IMG/VR virus record: IMGVR_UViG_3300044634_004299
Span: 1-54,619 of that record
Reading direction: 5' to 3' (one strand)
Source of the DNA: a virus
Taxonomy: Duplodnaviria; Caudoviricetes
DNA length: 54,619 bases
This document shows, piece after piece, positions 8,178-15,945 of the stretch (its first letter is position 1; every line of letters begins with the position of its first letter). The notes under the pieces were generated by a model, which saw nothing but the letters and a program-made list of their open reading frames with translations, ran no database searches and had not been told where the DNA came from. The position numbers and the translations under genes are program-made.

Positions 8178-8885
8178 ATGAAAAAATTTGTAATAAGTAA
8201 TTCATTAACAGAAAAATACAAAACTAAAAAAGAGATGTTAGAAAAACTCTTTTTTAAAGGTAATGAAATTAATATCATTACGACAATATATAATGAAAAA
8301 GATATTTTAAATAAAAATGATAATTTATTTTTAAAGAAAAAACCTTTAAAAAACGAGGATGGTAAAATAACAATTGGTTTATCAAACACCGATAACAAAA
8401 ACCGTTCTTTAGAATTTAATAGAGAATGTAACTGTTACACTTATAAATTAAATGTCAATCTAAAAAAAATCAAAACAATTGAATTAGAAAATTTATCAAT
8501 AAATTCAAAATTTAATCCACAGAATCATATGGATGATAGTATAAGTGATATAGAAAGAAGTTACAATGAAAATAAAGATAAATTTTATATGAAAACCAAA
8601 GGTGGTGAAGAAATTGAATTTAAAGGTGATATTTTAATAAATGATTATGAAAATAAAACAGATGATTACAGTTTACAGCAATATCCAAATGGGTGGAATA
8701 ATTTTAGCACAAGTTATTCTTTCATATGCAGGAGTTGTAATCTTTGGTATAGTTTTAGTATGAACAACCATTGTAGATGTGGTGATAAATTTGAAGATAA
8801 TATTTTAAGAGTTAAGTATGATGAAGTTAAATCAAAAAGTTACGAAAACGAAAGATATTTTTTAACAAAATATAAAATAAATTAA
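8178..8885 (+). CDS. hypothetical protein with possible Zn ribbon
   Basis: start moved to 8178 (AGGAGAAATTGGGAAATG); CRSC..HCRC near the C-terminus. Confidence 0.8.
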   Translation: MKKFVISNSLTEKYKTKKEMLEKLFFKGNEINIITTIYNEKDILNKNDNLFLKKKPLKNEDGKITIGLSNTDNKNRSLEFNRECNCYTYKLNVNLKKIKTIELENLSINSKFNPQNHMDDSISDIERSYNENKDKFYMKTKGGEEIEFKGDILINDYENKTDDYSLQQYPNGWNNFSTSYSFICRSCNLWYSFSMNNHCRCGDKFEDNILRVKYDEVKSKSYENERYFLTKYKIN

Positions 8886-8950
8886 CCAAAAATTAAACTT
8901 ATTAAATTAATATAGTAATATATTAATTTAATAAGAAAGGAGAAATTAGG

Positions 8951-9055
8951 ATGATAGAAAGAGATGTTTACAGTGAAAACGCAGATTCTATAAATGAATT
9001 TGTAGAAGTAAGAAGATTAAACTTGTATATAGATTTTTCGCAGGAAGAAGAATAA
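8951..9055 (+). CDS. 34-aa acidic peptide (not in ORF track)
   Basis: AGGAGAAATTAGG-ATG leader; MIERDVYSENADSINEFVEVRRLNLYIDFSQEEE; stop abuts next ATG. Confidence 0.55.
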   Translation: MIERDVYSENADSINEFVEVRRLNLYIDFSQEEE

Positions 9056-9058
9056 AAA

Positions 9059-9322
9059 ATGGATTTAAAAATAGATGGTAAAAACAATAAAAACAAAACT
9101 TTCAAAGTAGATTTTTCAAAAGAAGAAATTATTTTAAAAAGCTACTTTGAGTTATATTTTTTTAATGTTAATGATGTCTCCAAACAAATAGAAGAGATAA
9201 CAAAAACAATGTTAGAAAATGGTTTTTACTTATCATCTAGTAAATTTAATATGTATAGTAAAATGAATAAATTTTATTATAGAATAGTTTACAGGATGGT
9301 TGTAAATGTTGAAAATAACTAA
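9059..9322 (+). CDS. hypothetical protein
   Basis: operonic ORF. Confidence 0.7.
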   Translation: MDLKIDGKNNKNKTFKVDFSKEEIILKSYFELYFFNVNDVSKQIEEITKTMLENGFYLSSSKFNMYSKMNKFYYRIVYRMVVNVENN

Positions 9323-9587
9323 AGAAACAAAAATATACAGTGAAAAAAAAATGAAACTGAGATTAAAATACAAAATAAATTATTTTGTAACAAGAAATTT
9401 TAAATTGTTATTAGATAGTATTGATGTTTTTGAAAAAACACATGATATACTAATAAATTTAAAGAATAAGAGTTCAATTTGGGTTATATCCAATTTTGAT
9501 AATGAGATTTACCAGAAAGAACTTTTTAAAGGGTTTTTAGAATTTATAAAAACCCAAGATATTAAAATAAACTACAAGGAGAAATAG
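9306..9587 (+). CDS. hypothetical protein
   Basis: operonic ORF; start uncertain. Confidence 0.65.
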   Translation: MLKITKETKIYSEKKMKLRLKYKINYFVTRNFKLLLDSIDVFEKTHDILINLKNKSSIWVISNFDNEIYQKELFKGFLEFIKTQDIKINYKEK

Positions 9588-9590
9588 GAA

Positions 9591-10202
9591 ATGATAGAAA
9601 ACTTAAGACTTAGTTATAAGCTAAATAACAAAATGAAACAACAAACTTCACTTAAACCAACGGAAGATTATAATGTAATAAAAATAATTGAAAAAAGAGT
9701 GGAAAAATTTAAAACATTTTTGTTTCACTTTATAAATGAAAAAATGGGTAAATTTATTTTACCTGACTATAATTTAAAAAAAGAAATTCAAGAGTTTTTT
9801 GTAGAAACAGATGCTAAATATTGCTATATTAATAACACAAAAGAAACTTTAAAAGATATATTTGATGAAATATTTGATGAATTAGTTAAAAATAGTGCCG
9901 TTTCTGTAACAGGTTTCATTGAATATATCATAGCAAGTAATCAAGATTTGGATTTTCATGATTGCGAGGTAGAACCTCAAATTTCAGAAGACGGTAGAAT
10001 AATTTGGTCTTATGAGTTTATTTTTGGAGATAGACAATATGCTTTATTTTCTGATATAACTAAAAAAGCCAAAAACGATATGCAATCTATTATTGATAAA
10101 ATAGTAGAAAATGAAGAATTGTTTAAAGGTGAAGTTATATCTTTAATAGATGAAACTGATAATAAATTAAATGCAATCATTAACAATTTTATAAACAAAT
10201 AA
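9591..10202 (+). CDS. hypothetical protein
   Basis: AGGAGAAATAGGAAATG leader. Confidence 0.8.
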   Translation: MIENLRLSYKLNNKMKQQTSLKPTEDYNVIKIIEKRVEKFKTFLFHFINEKMGKFILPDYNLKKEIQEFFVETDAKYCYINNTKETLKDIFDEIFDELVKNSAVSVTGFIEYIIASNQDLDFHDCEVEPQISEDGRIIWSYEFIFGDRQYALFSDITKKAKNDMQSIIDKIVENEELFKGEVISLIDETDNKLNAIINNFINK

Positions 10203-10213
10203 TATACATATAT

Positions 10214-10255
10214 ATTCCACCCAATTTAACTAAAAAAGATTGGGTGGAATTTTTT
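10214..10255 (+). terminator. terminator, part of direct repeat unit 1
   Basis: ATTCCACCCAAT/ATTGGGTGGAAT stem plus T run; near copy at 10895-10930. Confidence 0.7.
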
Positions 10256-10281
10256 AATAAATTTAAATAGGATAAATATAA

Positions 10282-10749
10282 ATGGAAAAATATTATAATA
10301 TAAAAGATGAATTACAAACTACTTTAACTAGTATTCTACTTAGTCAATTTGAAGAAAGTAGGGGGTTTGATATAGAACTACCTGAACCACCTTATCATCC
10401 AGTTTATTATCATAGTGAAAAAATATACAAAACAAATCATTATTATTTAGTTAGAGCTTTCAGGTTAATAAATATACCTGAAAAAGATAATTATATAAAA
10501 TTAACAGTTAAAACACCTTTTGTTTTTTCTTCATTAGATGATGAAGAAAAAGAAATATTATTAAATTATATTTGTGATAACCTGCAATTAGATTTAAATA
10601 AATATGATAGTGAAGTTAGTATATCTAATTTCGTAACAAAATGTATTATTCATTTAATAGATGAGTTAAAAAAAATTTTTGAAGAAAAACTAAAAAAATG
10701 GGAAAATAAAATCTTAAACCAAGAAACAAATTTTGAAATAAACATGTAG
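10282..10749 (+). CDS. hypothetical protein
   Basis: 155-aa ORF with RBS. Confidence 0.75.
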   Translation: MEKYYNIKDELQTTLTSILLSQFEESRGFDIELPEPPYHPVYYHSEKIYKTNHYYLVRAFRLINIPEKDNYIKLTVKTPFVFSSLDDEEKEILLNYICDNLQLDLNKYDSEVSISNFVTKCIIHLIDELKKIFEEKLKKWENKILNQETNFEINM

Positions 10750-10894
10750 TTATTAATAAAAAAAATTCAAGAACTAGAAATTGAGTTAAACAAATTACAA
10801 AAAAATAAATAATTTTATAAACAAATAATATAATTTGTGCTATTATATATTAGCACAAGTAAAAGCTTTGAAAGAGTAGCTTAACCAAACTCTA

Positions 10895-10930
10895 CCACCC
10901 AACTTCACCAAAAATGATTGGGTGGAATTT
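10895..10930 (+). terminator. terminator, part of direct repeat unit 2
   Basis: CCACCCAA/TTGGGTGG stem. Confidence 0.6.
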
Positions 10931-10958
10931 ATTAATAATTTTAAATAGGAGATGAACG

Positions 10959-11274
10959 ATGAGAAATATATTTTTAATGATAGCTGTATTTTTTTGTTTT
11001 ATCAACTATAAAAATAATATTTACTATAACTAATATTATAGATGGTATATATTGGATATGTGGATACAATAAAGTAGAATTACCCAGTGGAACATTCCAA
11101 AGATATCCAAGATACATTTACCTAACAAATAATGAGTTGAAAATATATAAAAAACAAAAATTAGAAGAAGAGGAAAGGAAAAAGAAAACACCACCTCCTC
11201 CACCAAGAAACTTAAATGCAACTATAAGTAAAAAAATTATAATAACAGATATATATAATATAAAAGGAGAATAA
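10959..11274 (+). pseudogene. frameshifted 104-aa membrane-anchored protein with poly-Pro (not in ORF track)
   Basis: AGGAG RBS and ATG at 10959; frame stops at 11031-11033 but the +1 frame is open to 11274; T7 run at 10989-10995. Confidence 0.7.
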
Positions 11275-11276
11275 AA

Positions 11277-11846
11277 ATGAGACAAGACAAAGATAATGGA
11301 TGTTATTTTGTAATAAACGAAATAGAAGATTACAAAATAAACATAAATGATTATAAAGGTGATGATATAACTACTTATATCAAAAATTGTATAGAAGAAT
11401 TTTATAAAAAACATGATGAAGACTTTGAAGAACATAAATCATGGTCTTACTGGAATGATTTAGTTTATAATTTAACTGATATTAAAAAAATGATTATATC
11501 TGCTAATAAAGATATACAATTACAGTTTGAAATAGATTTTGAATTAGATTGGTATATTACTGGTGAAGATGGTGCTTTAAAAACAGGTGACTATAAAATA
11601 ATAGATGTAAAACATTGTGATATCAAATACGATAAAGTTAATGAAAAGTGGGTTGTAACACCTTATTATCCTAAAACAAATCACATTAATTTAGATGAAT
11701 TGATTAAAAAAATAAACACTAGTTTAGAAGTCAAAAACGAAATAATAAAAAACCTATCCCAAACTATAATAAACATTACTAAAATCTACGGTATATACAA
11801 AGATTTAAACATAAAAGATTTAGAAAAACTTATAGAAACATTATAG
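11277..11846 (+). CDS. hypothetical protein
   Basis: AAGGAG RBS; 189 aa. Confidence 0.8.
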   Translation: MRQDKDNGCYFVINEIEDYKININDYKGDDITTYIKNCIEEFYKKHDEDFEEHKSWSYWNDLVYNLTDIKKMIISANKDIQLQFEIDFELDWYITGEDGALKTGDYKIIDVKHCDIKYDKVNEKWVVTPYYPKTNHINLDELIKKINTSLEVKNEIIKNLSQTIINITKIYGIYKDLNIKDLEKLIETL

Positions 11847-11862
11847 AAATATTATGAAAAAA

Positions 11863-13287
11863 CTATTGTATGTTATCTAACAAAACAACACTAACATTAC
11901 TAGATTTTATAGCTTCTGTAATCGCCCAAACTAAAGCATCTGCATTATCAGGACTTCCTACAGCTTGGTAACCATCAGTAGAAAACCTTAATAATTGCTC
12001 CTCTATTATTGTTGTGTTGCAACAATGAAAAACCCTACCCATAGCATATAAAGAAGAAACAGGTTCAGCTCTAGTTACTTTATTTTTTACAGCTTTCACT
12101 TCTTTTATATTTACAAAAATATTTCTGTTCCTAATTGTATTAGCTATCATATCTCCACCCTGATTAGTTTCAATAACCACTACAACACCATACTCTTTAT
12201 ATTTTTGGTATAATTCATCAATCTTTATACTCCATTCATCAGGAGAATAATTACCTGTTAAATCATCAATAACAAAATAGTTATAATTATCGTGACTACT
12301 AGTTATATTATTAATATCATTCCTTTTATTTTTACCAACAACAACTATTCCTGTTTTATCACTTTTTTTACTATTACTAATTGCAATATCTAACCCAATG
12401 TAAACTTTCTCAAAACTAACTGGTAAAACAGCTCGTTTAAAGTAATCTTGTTTAAACATACCAAGATACATATTGCTTTTAGGTTCACCATACCATTTAT
12501 GTTGAAACTCTGGGTCGTTAGCTAATCTTTCAGCTTCCATCGTCTGTAGTAGGTTTTTGTTTTGGAATCTTTCTTCAACATCTACAATATTTACATGTAG
12601 TATCTTACTTTCATCCTTATATAATTTAACATATTTAATAACATCGTCCTCTGGTAATTGAGGATTTAAAGTGAATATGAAACCAACATCTTTTGAGAAG
12701 TTTGTCCCTAAATCAAGATTAACTCCCATTCCCTTTAAGAAACTTAAATGTTGTTTAGTTAAAGAAACAGAAGTTGACCTAGCACTAGGTATTATGATAT
12801 CTAAAGCTCTTTTTTTTAGATATTGTGATTCTTCAAACCAAATATACCTAATATTAGTCATGGACTTAATACTGTTTAAGATAGATTCTTTATTTTCACT
12901 AGAATCCCCTTTCTCCCTTGCACCAGTAAACATTATCTCCACACCATTAGATTTATTTAATATTTTTTCATTGGTTATAGTATACATATCCTGTATCATA
13001 GCACCATTAATCAATTGCATAAACATTTCATGCAAAGAATCTTTAGTAGTTTTATTTAATTCCCTTAAACATAATATTTTACAAGGGTCTTTTAACGAGT
13101 TTGCTATACTAAGTAATATTGTTGCTGCGGATTGTGATTTACAAGAACCCCTACCACCTTTCATAACAAGGAATTTGTGACTAAGTCCTAATTCATTATC
13201 TTTATTAACAACCAAACAATCTTCAAAAACTTTTGGTATATCAAACATTAATAAAGGTAAATTTTCTTTAGTTATATTTTTTACCAT
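11863..13287 (-). CDS. terL: terminase large subunit
   Basis: KGGRGSCKS Walker A, CLRE, IWFEES Walker B, TLNP; nuclease GLD..D, ETNQGG, K.TRAEP, SPDNADALVWA. Confidence 0.95.
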   Translation of the reverse strand: MVKNITKENLPLLMFDIPKVFEDCLVVNKDNELGLSHKFLVMKGGRGSCKSQSAATILLSIANSLKDPCKILCLRELNKTTKDSLHEMFMQLINGAMIQDMYTITNEKILNKSNGVEIMFTGAREKGDSSENKESILNSIKSMTNIRYIWFEESQYLKKRALDIIIPSARSTSVSLTKQHLSFLKGMGVNLDLGTNFSKDVGFIFTLNPQLPEDDVIKYVKLYKDESKILHVNIVDVEERFQNKNLLQTMEAERLANDPEFQHKWYGEPKSNMYLGMFKQDYFKRAVLPVSFEKVYIGLDIAISNSKKSDKTGIVVVGKNKRNDINNITSSHDNYNYFVIDDLTGNYSPDEWSIKIDELYQKYKEYGVVVVIETNQGGDMIANTIRNRNIFVNIKEVKAVKNKVTRAEPVSSLYAMGRVFHCCNTTIIEEQLLRFSTDGYQAVGSPDNADALVWAITEAIKSSNVSVVLLDNIQ

Positions 13288-13818
13288 TTAGAAAGAACTC
13301 AACTTCTCAATAATTTTACTTTTTATACCCAACTCTTTTAAATCAAAAGTTTCTAATAAGTCTATTTTTATTTTATCACAAACATAGTCCTTATCATTAT
13401 CTAAAATGTGTAATAATAAATTTTCAGCTTTATCTTTATTTCTGCTAGTTATTAGTTGTAGTCTAAAATCAAAATGAGGTTTAAAACCATTTTTTACTAA
13501 ATCTTCATTAATAGAATCTTTTAATTCAACCCAATCTTCCAATATATTTACACCCTCAGGATGTAGCAATTGTTCTAAAGTATCTAATAAAATCCTTTGT
13601 TCTTGTTCGTATGAAAATTTTTTTAATCTATCAATTATATCACTAACTGTTTGTAATCTTTTCTTTTCCCTAAACTTATAAGCATTTAATTTAGAAACGT
13701 TTTTTTGTATTCTCTCATAATTCCTATCCCTTGATTCCATTGCTAAATCAATTAAAGTTTTTTGAGAGATATTCAAGTTTATATCAACTTTTTTTAAATT
13801 CAAAAAATTATATTTCAT
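13288..13818 (-). CDS. putative terminase small subunit
   Basis: position and size only: abuts the terL start. Confidence 0.4.
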   Translation of the reverse strand: MKYNFLNLKKVDINLNISQKTLIDLAMESRDRNYERIQKNVSKLNAYKFREKKRLQTVSDIIDRLKKFSYEQEQRILLDTLEQLLHPEGVNILEDWVELKDSINEDLVKNGFKPHFDFRLQLITSRNKDKAENLLLHILDNDKDYVCDKIKIDLLETFDLKELGIKSKIIEKLSSF

Positions 13819-13927
13819 TTTTTATCCTTATTTTTTATGATATTATGTATTATAACATGTAATGATAAAAAATGAAAATTTTTATTTTTATTATTGACAA
13901 TAGTAAAAATATATTTTATACTATATT

Positions 13928-14071
13928 TAGTTGGTTAGTTACGACATTCGTTGATAAAGGCGAGCTTATGCTCCGATTCCTGAGACTCACTTAATTAACC
14001 AACTACAAGTTAATTCTCATAGTTAACTTCCTTTATTAAACTGGGTCTCTTTTTGAGACCCTATTTTTTTT
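13928..14071 (+). ncRNA. structured RNA / attenuator-like leader upstream of the portal gene
   Basis: TTGACA-17-TATACT (13894-13922); 14-bp stem 13928-13941/13992-14005; second stem 14007-14029; terminator GGGTCTC-T5-GAGACCC plus T run. Confidence 0.6.
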
Positions 14072-14151
14072 AAATTCAAAAAAATTAAATATTTTCATTT
14101 TTTATTATTTTATGCTATAATACATAATATTATAACACATAAGGATAAAAA

Positions 14152-15462
14152 ATGAAAATATTTAATTTCTTTAAAAGAAAACAAGTTGAGTTTAACGAAG
14201 TTAAACAAGATAGAATAGAAGAATGTGTTGAGAAAAACAATGCTTTAGATTCGTTAATTTATGAAACATTAATACATTATAACGAAGACTACAACTTAGA
14301 CCAAAAGGATTTAAGCGAAGAATCAAATATTAAACTAGTAGCTAATACTTTATATTACTACAATAAAATAAGCAGTATTTTATCTACAGCGATGCAGTAT
14401 GTAACCGATAATATATGTAACATAGAATTTTTATCAAAAGATGGTATAACAATGAAATTTACTAAACCAATGGTTCAGGATTTCATTTTAAGCGGTAATA
14501 TGTTTTTTTTATATAAAAAAGAAAATAAAAAAATAGATTTTATAGATATTAAATTTACAGATGTTTCACTTTATTATAAAAATGAAGATTATACTACAGT
14601 TAATTATTATTACTATAAAGGTAATTTCTACAATATTTACGGTGATTTTGTAAAAAGAGAACCAAATAGCGAATTTAAACATCCAACAGGATATAGATTA
14701 ATGCTTATTAGGAATAAAACAATCTATAACAAACATTTAGGGGTTAGTGAACTCTTACCAATAGTTACAGATTTACAAGTTCAAATATTCGGTTTATTAC
14801 ATAATAAAAGTTTACTCAAAAATTCTGGTTCTAGTAGCGGTATTTTGACTATGAGTAATTTTTTACCAGAACAAACAATATTAGATATAAAGAACAACTT
14901 TAATAAAATACACAGTGGTTATTCTAATGCTGGTAAAACATTAATGTTACAGGGTGTAGAAAATATTGAATATAAACAATTATCAAAATCAAATAAGGAT
15001 ATGGATTATGGTAATTTGAATGAAAGTATCATAACAACTATTTTAAATAAGTTTAAAATTTCACCTGCAATGGTTGGGAGAAGTAATCATGATACACATA
15101 ATAATAGTTCTGTTGGTTTTTCTAACTTCTGGAGTTTTTGTTGTTTACCTATTTTGAAAGCTTTTGAAATACAATTTAACGAAAATTATTATGGTTTAGA
15201 TAAAACTTTTAAAATGAATGCTAAAACATTCCCTATAGAATCCTTAAAAACAATGATAGATACATTAAACTTAGCTGTAGAATCTAATGGTATAACAATA
15301 AACGAAGCTAGAAAATGGTTTGGTTTAGAAGAATTAGTAGGTGGTGATATTATATTTAGTAAAACTACAGGTAATCCAGTAGCATTTAAAGAGAGTGAAA
15401 AAATACCTAAAGATGCACTTTTACCAAACTATATTAAAGCTAAAGGAGTTAATAAACAATGA
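14152..15462 (+). CDS. portal protein (HK97 type)
   Basis: FILSGNMF, HLGVSEL, LKNSGSSSGIL, HSGYSNAGK..L, DMDY, FKISPAMVG, GITINEARKWFGLEELVGGD. Confidence 0.92.
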   Translation: MKIFNFFKRKQVEFNEVKQDRIEECVEKNNALDSLIYETLIHYNEDYNLDQKDLSEESNIKLVANTLYYYNKISSILSTAMQYVTDNICNIEFLSKDGITMKFTKPMVQDFILSGNMFFLYKKENKKIDFIDIKFTDVSLYYKNEDYTTVNYYYYKGNFYNIYGDFVKREPNSEFKHPTGYRLMLIRNKTIYNKHLGVSELLPIVTDLQVQIFGLLHNKSLLKNSGSSSGILTMSNFLPEQTILDIKNNFNKIHSGYSNAGKTLMLQGVENIEYKQLSKSNKDMDYGNLNESIITTILNKFKISPAMVGRSNHDTHNNSSVGFSNFWSFCCLPILKAFEIQFNENYYGLDKTFKMNAKTFPIESLKTMIDTLNLAVESNGITINEARKWFGLEELVGGDIIFSKTTGNPVAFKESEKIPKDALLPNYIKAKGVNKQ

Positions 15463-15839
15463 GGAGATTAGAAAAGAAAAGAAGTTTTGAATACAATAGG
15501 GTTTTAAAAGAAATAAACATAAATACATTGTTTTCAATTGACAGGGAATTCTTCAACAAATTAGCTATTATAATAAATGAAAATTTAAAAAAGTATAGTT
15601 TACAAATTTATAATTTAGTGGGTGGTAAAATTATTTGTAGTTTAAACCCATATGATGAGAGGAGTTTGTATTCAATTATGGTTAGAATGGGTGTTAAAAA
15701 TCCAGTAATGTTTTTAAAGGAATTGTATTTACAAAGTTTAGATACTATAGATAACAATATCTTATTAAAAAATTTATTCTTTAATAAGATTGATGATTTT
15801 AATGTAAAAAGTTGCAATAATTACTCAATTACATTATAA
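15459..15839 (+). CDS. hypothetical head-module protein
   Basis: overlaps the portal stop (ATGA); GGAG RBS. Confidence 0.65.
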   Translation: MRRLEKKRSFEYNRVLKEININTLFSIDREFFNKLAIIINENLKKYSLQIYNLVGGKIICSLNPYDERSLYSIMVRMGVKNPVMFLKELYLQSLDTIDNNILLKNLFFNKIDDFNVKSCNNYSITL

Positions 15840-15860
15840 TTATACATAAATGTATTTTTT

Positions 15861-15913
15861 GTTGACAATATTATACAAATGTGTTGACAATATTATACAA
15901 ATGTGTTTATAAT
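15861..15913 (+). promoter_or_regulatory. capsid promoter within a 22-bp tandem duplication
   Basis: GTTGACAATATTATACAAATGT twice (15861-15904); TTGACA-18-TATAAT. Confidence 0.65.
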
Positions 15914-15945
15914 TAAATATAATAAATAAAAACAGGAGTTTTGAA

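Noticed and set aside
13941-13991. tRNA (CTCCGATTCC resembles a T-loop)
   Set aside because: No cloverleaf or acceptor stem can be built; no tRNA was recognised in the window
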